Source: a virus. From it: DNA of 57,937 bases. Shown here piece by piece: positions 41,037-48,536 of this stretch (positions are counted from its first letter, which is position 1; every line of letters begins with the position of its first letter). The notes under the pieces are model-generated. The model was not told the DNA's origin and did not search any database. It saw only the letters and a list, made by a program, of their open reading frames with translations. The stretch is from the IMG/VR virus record IMGVR_UViG_3300029135_000007, positions 1 through 57,937 of that record. One strand, 5' to 3'. The translations under genes and the position numbers were made by a program.

Positions 41037-41605
41037 AATCAACCAGCAAAAAACCCACAGGCTTGCTTGGCGGATTTGATTTCCAGCCTATTTTTTCGGA
41101 ACAGAAATTAAGCCGAAGTGAGCCAAAGGAAGAAGAAGTAAGCCAAGCAAAGCCGAATAATGCCGAACAAGCACTAATTAAGCCTAGTGATGCCATAGAC
41201 AGCCATGCGCAGCCAAGTGAAGCGGAATTAAGCAGTATTAAGCCGAAGCAAGCCAAAGACAGCGAAAGACAGCCAAATGATGCCGTATTAGGCGAAGGTA
41301 AGCCAAAGAAGCTGAAACAGGCAAAAGAAGTGCAACGCTTGATTGAACAGGGCAATGTTCCCGGCGCACTGGCTGAAGCTGGCTTGACAAAGAAAAAAAT
41401 CCCGATGCCAGAATCGCATCAGGGCGTTGCAAGTGGTGACGGCAAGCGTTCTAAGCGCATTACCATCCTTATGAGCGAGGAAGAACGCAAGTACATCAAC
41501 CGTGAAGCCAGACGGCACGGAATGACGATAGGGCAGTATGTGTACGCTCTGGCAGTTGCGGCGGCAGAAGGAAAGATTGAACTGGAAGATTTCTTGGAGG
41601 ATTGA
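41033..41605 (+). CDS. RHH DNA-binding protein with repetitive disordered N-terminus (candidate centromere-binding ParG/ParB analogue)
   Basis: C-terminus ...KRITILMSEEERKYINREARRHGMTIGQYVYALAV fits a ribbon-helix-helix; the N-terminus has seven decapeptide repeats; located in the parA operon. Confidence 0.5.
   Translation: MKSTSKKPTGLLGGFDFQPIFSEQKLSRSEPKEEEVSQAKPNNAEQALIKPSDAIDSHAQPSEAELSSIKPKQAKDSERQPNDAVLGEGKPKKLKQAKEVQRLIEQGNVPGALAEAGLTKKKIPMPESHQGVASGDGKRSKRITILMSEEERKYINREARRHGMTIGQYVYALAVAAAEGKIELEDFLED
41120..41329 (+). repeat. seven tandem 30-bp coding repeats ((K/Q/E)P-x-x-A-x-x-x-x-x decapeptides)
   Basis: Units start at 41120, 41150, 41180, 41210, 41240, 41270 and 41300 (gagcca/aagccg/aagcct/cagcca...). 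This produces an AGCC motif about every 10 nt. Confidence 0.8.
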
Positions 41606-41609
41606 AAAT

Positions 41610-41807
41610 ATGAAAAAGTTTGTTGCTCTTTTTGAAGGGTGGAACGAAAAGCACGACCATGAATGTATGTGCTATGTTATTGATGTGGATGATGACTTTG
41701 AAAGCATTTTGAGTGTTGAAGAACAGGCAGAGAAGATGGCTCGAAACGAGTATCCTCATCTGAAAAGTTTTGAGACGCTTTACATCAAAGAACTGCTTAA
41801 TAGATAA
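41610..41807 (+). CDS. hypothetical protein (65 aa)
   Basis: Start taken at MKKFVALFEGW. Confidence 0.4.
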   Translation: MKKFVALFEGWNEKHDHECMCYVIDVDDDFESILSVEEQAEKMARNEYPHLKSFETLYIKELLNR

Positions 41808-41834
41808 AAGCTGAAATTTAAGAGGAAAGTGTGC

Positions 41835-42083
41835 ATGGACAAGGTAAAGTATTCTGATTACAACATAGAAGACTTAAAACAGAGAAGAAAGACTTATGGA
41901 GATGGCATAGAAATTTGCAGGAGTGGAGACGGAATTGACACTTCAATCGGTAGCAAAGTATGTTTTCCTGGAAAAACATTGTTGCCGGATGAGGCGATTG
42001 CTTTTGCGGAGAATCTGATTAAGGCCGCGAATGAGGCAAAAGAGTTTAAGTACAACGGATATTTCATCAATTGGCTTGAGTAA
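41835..42083 (+). CDS. hypothetical protein (82 aa)
   Basis: Start taken at MDKVKYSDY. Confidence 0.4.
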   Translation: MDKVKYSDYNIEDLKQRRKTYGDGIEICRSGDGIDTSIGSKVCFPGKTLLPDEAIAFAENLIKAANEAKEFKYNGYFINWLE

Positions 42084-42154
42084 AACCAATCATTTATAGG
42101 ACTGCACAAGATAGAATGGAAAGATTACCGAAAGATTTCTTGGAGGATTGACGT

Positions 42155-42712
42155 ATGATTGTTTATAGACCTCATCGTGGCTCTTTGGAAGATGCCATGA
42201 AAGAAGCAAAAACATTTGACAACTGGTATCAGATGACACATTATATTGCAAATAATTGGAATTTGGCGGTTGGCAAGAAAGTGATAGACCCTGACGATAT
42301 TGTTATGGACGATAAACCGGTTAATGATGACCGTGTTGGTTGGAAAGACGTTCATATGGTTTTGGCAACTCGTATTGGAAATGACAATTTTATGGAAAAA
42401 TACGGAAACTCGCAGTGTATCGGGTATTGCACTTACGATGTCTCAAGTGTAAAAAAATACTTAACACCGAAAGAAGTAGGGGGTGAAAACTTTTATTGGG
42501 TCAAAATCCAGTACGATGACGACGAAAAATGCAGACACTTTCAAGCTCCGTTCGTCTTGTTTGCAAACAACAAAGAAGAAGCAAAGGCTAAAATCGAGCG
42601 AGAAGTCCCCGGCAAATTCTCCATCGTTGGCATAGTTGAGCTTGATAAAAGCCTTGTATTTCATCCGCAAGACTTATTTGACATAAAAGCCAAATCTGTA
42701 CTTTCGGAATGA
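42155..42712 (+). CDS. hypothetical protein (185 aa)
   Basis: Track ORF; MIVYRPHRGSLEDAMKEAKTF... Confidence 0.5.
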   Translation: MIVYRPHRGSLEDAMKEAKTFDNWYQMTHYIANNWNLAVGKKVIDPDDIVMDDKPVNDDRVGWKDVHMVLATRIGNDNFMEKYGNSQCIGYCTYDVSSVKKYLTPKEVGGENFYWVKIQYDDDEKCRHFQAPFVLFANNKEEAKAKIEREVPGKFSIVGIVELDKSLVFHPQDLFDIKAKSVLSE

Positions 42713-42713
42713 T

Positions 42714-42723
42714 GGGGGGGGGG
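42714..42723 (+). repeat. poly-G(10) tract between a stop codon and the next start, doubling as the RBS
   Basis: tgatggggggggggagagattgtg, read directly. Confidence 0.9.
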
Positions 42724-42730
42724 AGAGATT

Positions 42731-43144
42731 GTGCGGACATATAAGCCACACAAGCACAGAAGCAAAGAGGAACAAGCCAAAATAAACGCAGAGGTAGCAA
42801 AACGTAAAGCAAAACTGGCTGAAAAATACAATACTGACACTCAATATTACAAGGGCATTCCTGTTGAGCTGATTGTAAGAGAGGACTACGGATGCTACAA
42901 AGCAAAGCGTTTCAAAATCAACGGTAGTAATCAAAACGTGTGGATTCCAAACTGCTATCTTGAAGATGACGGAACAATCAAGGCGAACATGAACATTGAT
43001 TTTGTATTCCGTAAGTCTGTAAACCAGTTAAACAAAGCTGGAATCACGCAAGCGATTATTGGTATAAAACGTAAAATGCAGGAAGTGGATGTGCCAAATC
43101 TCAAAAGCACCATGCAAAAAATCGGAGATACAGGAACTTGCTAA
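42731..43144 (+). CDS. hypothetical basic protein (137 aa, GTG start)
   Basis: Track ORF. Confidence 0.45.
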   Translation: MRTYKPHKHRSKEEQAKINAEVAKRKAKLAEKYNTDTQYYKGIPVELIVREDYGCYKAKRFKINGSNQNVWIPNCYLEDDGTIKANMNIDFVFRKSVNQLNKAGITQAIIGIKRKMQEVDVPNLKSTMQKIGDTGTC

Positions 43145-43195
43145 AGCAAAAACCCTGTGTAGTCACAATGACAGCACATAGGAGAAAGGAAGAAT

Positions 43196-43642
43196 ATGAT
43201 GGGAGTAGAACACTCTAGCGAAACAGATTCATTGGCGTATGAAGAATGGGCTAAAGGACGGCGGGATTATACAAATGTCAATTATGTTGAAACGGGATGT
43301 ATAATTTGGCACTCTATCAAGAAAGAAGGGCTCCCACCAGAACAAACTGACGAGAAATATATTATTTCTGTTGAGGATGGGCATACGGGAAAAAGTTATG
43401 TAAATGCCGCATATTTTATTAGGAAAGGATGGTTCGACAGCACGTATACGGAAGAAGAGGAAATAATACCAGAACGTGACATTGTAACGCACTGGGCAAA
43501 TTTGCCAAAACCGGCACAACTCCCCAAAAAACCAAGATTCCCATTGAACAATCAAACGCCAGAAGAAAAAGAAGCTGAAGCAAAAGAAAAAGCAAAGCGA
43601 CTGCAAGAAAAAATAATGAAAGCGTTTGGTTATAACGTATAG
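43196..43642 (+). CDS. DUF551-like protein
   Basis: ...RDIVTHWANLPKPAQLP motif. Confidence 0.55.
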   Translation: MMGVEHSSETDSLAYEEWAKGRRDYTNVNYVETGCIIWHSIKKEGLPPEQTDEKYIISVEDGHTGKSYVNAAYFIRKGWFDSTYTEEEEIIPERDIVTHWANLPKPAQLPKKPRFPLNNQTPEEKEAEAKEKAKRLQEKIMKAFGYNV

Positions 43643-43648
43643 AAAAAA

Positions 43649-43680
43649 CCCCTGTGTAGCTTTTAACGGCTACACAGGGG
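43649..43680. terminator. bidirectional terminator (12-bp stem)
   Basis: cccctgtgtagc-ttttaacg-gctacacagggg flanked by an A-run and T-rich sequence, between convergent genes. Confidence 0.7.
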
Positions 43681-43687
43681 TTCTTCT

Positions 43688-44326
43688 TCACTTGTCAGCA
43701 ATGCAATTCCAGTAGAGATATGCCTTGCCGTCCACAGCGTCCGTGTCATCAAGGAACGCCTTTGCCATGTCAGCGTAGAAGCCCGGAGTATCAACAGACT
43801 GGCGCTTTGCGACTTGACAATAATCCGAGTACATCATGTTCATGACTGCCCAGAAATCATTCGGGTCACAAGTGATATTCCGCTGTTTCGCAACGTCCTG
43901 TGTCTGTTCCAGCGTCCAGTGACAGCCCTTCGTACCGTCAGCGTTCACCATGCTGTCGCACCATTCCTCTGCTTCATCGTGGGTGAGGTGCTGGCGTGGC
44001 ATCTTGATAGAGCGGCTGTCTGCGCCGCCACGTTCGTACTGTCCAGACCGTTTGTCCCAGTCTCCGTTCTGCGAGAAGCCAATCTGCGGCATCTTGCGCC
44101 CATACTCTACGTCAGGGTAGCGGGGGATGGGGTAGGGGTCAATGTAGCGGTTCTCCTCCTGCGGATAATAGGGATAGCGGTCGTTGCCATCTTCCAGCTT
44201 GCGCAGACGGCGTTCCAGCTCACGTTCCCTGCGGTCACGCTCTTCCTCAAGGCGGTCACGTTCCGGCTCACGGTCTTTTTCGTGGTCGCGGAGCATCATC
44301 ATGCGGCGAAAATTAGTCTTGCCCAT
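43688..44326 (-). CDS. hypothetical protein, Arg/Glu-rich N-terminus (cassette gene 5)
   Basis: Track ORF, 212 aa. Confidence 0.5.
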   Translation of the reverse strand: MGKTNFRRMMMLRDHEKDREPERDRLEEERDRRERELERRLRKLEDGNDRYPYYPQEENRYIDPYPIPRYPDVEYGRKMPQIGFSQNGDWDKRSGQYERGGADSRSIKMPRQHLTHDEAEEWCDSMVNADGTKGCHWTLEQTQDVAKQRNITCDPNDFWAVMNMMYSDYCQVAKRQSVDTPGFYADMAKAFLDDTDAVDGKAYLYWNCIADK

Positions 44327-44339
44327 AATCTATACCTCC

Positions 44340-44711
44340 TCAAGAAATGGACGCAGGCGCGCCAGCGTGTGAGCGGCAGAAGCAGCCAAGATACTTGAAC
44401 GTGCCGGTGCCGGTTGCAGACGTTGCCACACGGGTAGCGTAGCGAGTGCGAGTGTGGATGCTCTCAGCGGTTGCCTGAGCGCAGTTGCAGTCGGTCAGAG
44501 GGTATGCGGTCGTGCCTGCGCCTATGGTAATGACCACAGGTGCGTTGATGGTAGTCGTGTCCGGCAAGCTCTGAGCAACGACAATGCAATATTTTTCGCC
44601 TGCTGCGTAAGACCCGGCAGGGATGTTGATGGTCAGAGTATCGTCGGCAAACGTGACTGCCTGACTGATGACCAAGTGCGGGCAGAGTTTGCAACTTGTT
44701 TTGCAAGCCAT
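44340..44711 (-). CDS. hypothetical Cys-rich protein (cassette gene 4)
   Basis: 123 aa; CKTSCKLCP, TDCNC and GCFC clusters. Confidence 0.5.
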   Translation of the reverse strand: MACKTSCKLCPHLVISQAVTFADDTLTINIPAGSYAAGEKYCIVVAQSLPDTTTINAPVVITIGAGTTAYPLTDCNCAQATAESIHTRTRYATRVATSATGTGTFKYLGCFCRSHAGAPASIS

Positions 44712-44796
44712 AGTATTTTCCTCCTAAAAAATCAGGGGCAGAGGTGTCTTGCCCCTGCCCCGATGGTTCACCCGGTGTTATCGGGGAGTGTGTAGG

Positions 44797-45669
44797 TTAG
44801 CAGCAGCCGCAGCAGTTCACGCCCACGTTGGGGTTTGCCACCTGATAAGCGGGAATCGGACGAGGATTGACCCGGTTCAGGATGGTATCGGTCTGCTGGG
44901 ACATCACAGTGGTCAGAAGCGCATTCTGACGATCCTGAGAAGCGGCGAACTTCAGGCTCTGGTTCTCAGCGGTCAGAGTGGCAATCTTATCCTGCGTGAA
45001 GTAGTCCATCATGCTGCGGAAATTGGCGTTGCAGTTGTCCACGATGGCGCGGGCGTTGTCTGCAATAGCCTGACGTGTAGCGCAGTCCTGCTGTGCAATG
45101 GTGTACTTCAGGTCGCCGATGAGCTGCTTGTTCTCGCAGCAGCAAGATGCAAGCTGCGTGGAAAGTGCGGTCTGACCCGCCTGCCGTGCGTTGCCCTCCT
45201 GCATGATGGCGAGGCTGATGGCGTTGTCGCCGTTGGACACGCTGCGTTCCAGACCGTTCACGAGCTGTGCGTTCTGGTAGCCGAGCTGACAGATGGCGCT
45301 ATTCACGCCCGCAAAGCCGTTTGCGATGTTGGCGTTCACGCCGTTCATCTGCACCAGCTGGTCATAGCCCAGAGAGCAGATGCCGCTTTGGATGCCAGCC
45401 AGAGAACGGGAAGTGTCCTGCTGGTAGAAGCCCTCCGACAGCGCCGCGCGAGTATCTGCGCCGCCCTGACCGGTTGCGCCAGTACCAACCAGATAGGGGA
45501 TGTAGCTGTTCATGCCGTTGTCACCACCGTTCCGACCGTAGCCGCCGTTGCCCCAGCCGAAGATGATGGCGAGGATGATAACCGCCCACAGACCTTCGTT
45601 GCCGAAAAATCCGCCGTTGTTATTGCCGCCGTCCTGCCCAGCCAGATAACCAGTTGCAAAATCGTCCAT
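44797..45669 (-). CDS. hypothetical membrane-anchored Gly/Asn/Gln-rich protein ending in CCGCC (cassette gene 3)
   Basis: 290 aa; TM helix LWAVIILAIIFGW; internal CCC; C-terminal ...NVGVNCCGCC. Confidence 0.55.
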   Translation of the reverse strand: MDDFATGYLAGQDGGNNNGGFFGNEGLWAVIILAIIFGWGNGGYGRNGGDNGMNSYIPYLVGTGATGQGGADTRAALSEGFYQQDTSRSLAGIQSGICSLGYDQLVQMNGVNANIANGFAGVNSAICQLGYQNAQLVNGLERSVSNGDNAISLAIMQEGNARQAGQTALSTQLASCCCENKQLIGDLKYTIAQQDCATRQAIADNARAIVDNCNANFRSMMDYFTQDKIATLTAENQSLKFAASQDRQNALLTTVMSQQTDTILNRVNPRPIPAYQVANPNVGVNCCGCC

Positions 45670-45791
45670 AACAAAACTCCTTTCAGTTTTGCGTTATGCC
45701 ATCCCACCGCCGTGTGCGGTGGGCGAAGCCAAATAAAAGCGGTTTTTATCAAGTCCGCAAAACTGAGAAGCGTTTCGCTTAGAGGGATGCG

Positions 45792-46043
45792 TTATCGGGG
45801 CAGCGTCAGGTTCAGGACGCTTGCCAGCTGGTTCAGGTCAATACCCCGCTCTTTTGCGAGGTTCTGTGCCATCGTCCTGAGCTGCGTTTCGTTCTTACCC
45901 TGAATCAGGTTCAAGCCCTGCATGATAGGCGCGTTCTGTCCGCTCAACTGCTGGATAAGCCCCATCGGGTTCTGCCCGGCACGAGCCAGATTTGCAAGCT
46001 GCATGATGGGGCTGTGCGTAATCACATCAAACGGAGAGGACAT
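45792..46043 (-). CDS. hypothetical protein (cassette gene 2)
   Basis: Track ORF, 83 aa. Confidence 0.45.
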   Translation of the reverse strand: MSSPFDVITHSPIMQLANLARAGQNPMGLIQQLSGQNAPIMQGLNLIQGKNETQLRTMAQNLAKERGIDLNQLASVLNLTLPR

Positions 46044-46045
46044 TG

Positions 46046-46564
46046 TTATTCTCCTTTCTTTGCTGTGGCAGCGGGCTTAGAAAAGCTCTTCTGCCACTTT
46101 TCCAGTTCATCCAGCCTGTGGACGAGGGCATCGTACTGCTCAATAGGCACATACTGCTGTGTCGGTGCAGCGGTCTGCTGTGCCTGTTGTACCTGCATCT
46201 GCCGCCACGCTTCCGGGCTGTAAAACTCCTGTACATAGGATTCGCAGGTGTCCGGGTTCAGTCGCTTGCAGTAGATCACGCCGCTCCGCAAGTCTGGACA
46301 GTAGGTCGGTCTGCCATACAGGTCAGACGGTATCGCCAAAAATTCCTCCCTGCTGGAAACAGGTCTGCCCAGTAACCAACCGCCGTCCTGTACCGACTGC
46401 TGAACAGGCTGTTGCCCATTCATCGGCTGCGGACGCTGCGGTTGTGCCTGTTGCATCTGCGTGTTGGGCAGGGGAGTGGCAAGCCCTACCGTACCCATGC
46501 CGCCGTAAGGGTTGACAGGCTGCTGTGGAACATAGGGCGCTCCGGGTGTTGGATAATAGCTCAT
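46046..46564 (-). CDS. hypothetical protein with Pro/Gln-rich N-terminus (cassette gene 1)
   Basis: Start taken at MSYYPTPGAPYVPQQPV (RBS aaggaggg). Confidence 0.5.
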   Translation of the reverse strand: MSYYPTPGAPYVPQQPVNPYGGMGTVGLATPLPNTQMQQAQPQRPQPMNGQQPVQQSVQDGGWLLGRPVSSREEFLAIPSDLYGRPTYCPDLRSGVIYCKRLNPDTCESYVQEFYSPEAWRQMQVQQAQQTAAPTQQYVPIEQYDALVHRLDELEKWQKSFSKPAATAKKGE

Positions 46565-46778
46565 AATACATCCCTCCTTGTGCATCCAGTGTACCGCTTT
46601 AAGCCGCCGTAAGAGACAACGAACGCACAACGAAGGACAAATATAAACTGATACAACTGCTACAAAATAGACAAAAAAATAAGGCAAAGTCTAGCAACTG
46701 TGCCTGTATCACTTGTGGCAGTTTTGTGGTATAATCAGTACAACAAAACCAAGAACATAGTTTTAGGAGGAAACGACT

Positions 46779-47273
46779 ATGGACGCAAAAACCATCCAGA
46801 ATCTGGGTAAGCTGTACCGCTTGCTTGATGAGGCCTGCTCCAACCGCGTGAATCAGGCAGACCTTGACAACGCTACGAGGTTTCCCGTGCGTGGCGTGAT
46901 GATGAAAATTACGCTGGCACATAAGCTCCACAAGATGACCCCGGAGCTTGACAACGCCTGCGCTTACGTCCTGAAGGATGTAGACCTTGAGGACGTGGAT
47001 AACAGCTTTGCGCTCAAAGCATTGCCGTTGCAGCAGCAGGGTATATTCCAAATCGGATATATGTCACCCGATTATAAGACACTCGGCGTGTCTGCCGTAA
47101 AAATCAAAGCCGCTCGGGAAAACGCCGGGCTGACCATTCGTGCGCTGTCGGAGAAGACCGGGTTGTCTACCGCGACCATCCAACACGCAGAAGCCAGAAA
47201 ACCTATCCGGATGACCACGCTCAAGAAAATTGCTGTGGCCTGCAACGTATCAGTAGAAGAGTTGCAAGGGTAA
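46779..47273 (+). CDS. HTH (XRE-type, C-terminal) regulator, divergent from the Cys-rich cassette
   Basis: C-terminus ...IKAARENAGLTIRALSEKTGLSTATIQHAEARK...; RBS taggagga; a TGgTATAAT promoter upstream. Confidence 0.6.
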   Translation: MDAKTIQNLGKLYRLLDEACSNRVNQADLDNATRFPVRGVMMKITLAHKLHKMTPELDNACAYVLKDVDLEDVDNSFALKALPLQQQGIFQIGYMSPDYKTLGVSAVKIKAARENAGLTIRALSEKTGLSTATIQHAEARKPIRMTTLKKIAVACNVSVEELQG

Positions 47274-47399
47274 AAGAAAAGCGCCCACACGGAAAAATCC
47301 GCATGAGCGCTTAACTGTTAAGGGCCTCACATTGGAAGCAAAAATAAAATATCACGTTTTGACTTGCAAGACAAGAGTTTCGACAGAACTAGTGAGAAT

Positions 47400-47630
47400 A
47401 AAACAAAATCCACCAGCCTAAAAGCTGATGGATTATAAGTGAGCGAGTAATCGCCCTGCCACCGAAGCAGCAAAATTGCGTCTCCCGCATGGTACGCACT
47501 GCAAGTAGGCGGGCGGGAGACTGGTCGGCGCCTATCTAGCAACCGCTTTTTTCATTCCCAGATAAAGCACTGGGCTAGCTGGCAAATATCCACCCTAATG
47601 CGCTTCTTCGAGAGGCCGGGTGGATTTGTT
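47400..47630 (-). ncRNA. candidate structured non-coding RNA, about 230 nt, with its own promoter and terminator
   Basis: Extended -10 TGgTATAAT (minus strand, 47637-47646); stems atccaccc/gggtggat and gtctcccgc/gcgggagac; a C(UUCG)G hairpin; terminator atccatcagc-ttttag-gctggtggat followed by TTTTGTTTT. No plausible ORF. Confidence 0.4.
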
Positions 47631-47655
47631 GAGATAATTATACCACAATTCGTGC

Positions 47656-47693
47656 AAAAAGAAAAGCGGCAAGCTCTGGAATAGCCTGCCGCT
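47656..47693 (-). terminator. rho-independent terminator after the sigma-r4-like gene
   Basis: agcggcaggc...gcttgccgct stem followed by TTTTCTTTTT on the minus strand. Confidence 0.6.
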
Positions 47694-47760
47694 TTGTTGC
47701 GTTTGTAGAATCAGCCTTAAACATGCGTCCTACATACACTCAGCCCGTAAAAATATTATA

Positions 47761-47928
47761 TCACACATCCAGCATTTTTTCAATGCTTTTCAGCCGGTAG
47801 CCTACCGCCGTCCGGCTGTAATGTGTCTGTGCTGCAATCTCCGGCAGCGGGAGCCGCTCAACGTACCGCAGTAAGGCTATCTTACGGTCTACCCTCCCAA
47901 GCGGTGCGCTTTTGATCGCGGCGGTCAT
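47761..47928 (-). CDS. sigma-70 region-4-like HTH protein (late regulator candidate)
   Basis: ...RKIALLRYVERLPLPEIAAQTHYSRTAVGYRLKSIEKML is a region-4 type HTH; the start is uncertain (track ORF extends to 48045). Confidence 0.45.
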   Translation of the reverse strand: MTAAIKSAPLGRVDRKIALLRYVERLPLPEIAAQTHYSRTAVGYRLKSIEKMLDV

Positions 47929-48194
47929 CTGCTGTCGGTCAAGTCCTTGCAGCGCAGGGGGCAGCACTACACGAGCCGCCGCCACAGGCAGCACCGAGCC
48001 AGAAGGGCTGCGGCAGCTGTCCGGCGTTGCGCACCATAGTGCCAAGCACGGCGAAACGGTGACAAAACGTCACCATTTTGTTGACGTTACCAAAATCGCA
48101 ATGAGTTCGACTTTTAACAGCTAAAAAGTTGAACTCATTTGCTAAAATGGCCGTTTTGGGCCACTTTTGGGAATATGTAGTGCTGCTCATAGTC

Positions 48195-48536
48195 TTACTC
48201 CTTACTCAGTGCCGCCTTCATGCGGTCAAAGAAAAACTGGATCACCCGCCCGATGGTCTCATCAGTGATGGCCCAGCTGATGAGCCTGCCGTATTTGCTG
48301 GCGCTCAGAGCGGCCCGGAGCATCTTGACGACCCACGCCTTGCGCTCTGCGCCCCGCTTTGTACCCTGTATCTCGTGCTCGGCCCGCTCGATGAGGTCAA
48401 GCACCAGAGGCTTCACGGCGGCACCATAGCCCAGCCGGATGCAGCCGAGGGCGTAGAAAATAAAGCCCCCCAGCATCAGCACAGCCGCCACCGGGGCGGG
48501 GATAAGGTCAAAAAGCTTAGTTGCCAGTGCTTCCAT
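48195..48536 (-). CDS. holin (LL-H-like)
   Basis: N-terminal TM (IPAPVAAVLMLGGFIFYAL), then a charged helical tail; immediately downstream of the endolysin and TM-protein genes. Confidence 0.55.
   Translation of the reverse strand: MEALATKLFDLIPAPVAAVLMLGGFIFYALGCIRLGYGAAVKPLVLDLIERAEHEIQGTKRGAERKAWVVKMLRAALSASKYGRLISWAITDETIGRVIQFFFDRMKAALSKE

Noticed and set aside
41100-41330. AGCC motif phased at about 10 bp, considered as a stand-alone centromere
   Set aside because: The phasing is fully explained by seven in-frame 30-bp coding repeats, which contain three AGCC-like words per unit. A dual DNA-level role is possible but unsupported, so it is mentioned only under the RHH-protein finding.
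44749-45903. 384-aa plus-strand ORF. Similar long plus-strand ORFs occur at 50193-51983 (596 aa), 49023-49739 (238 aa), 5260-6285 (341 aa) and 3114-3959 (281 aa)
   Set aside because: All lie antisense to well-supported minus-strand genes. They have Arg/Ala/Gly/Val/His-rich, repeat-free composition with no RBS, and are longest where GC is highest. These are typical shadow ORFs.
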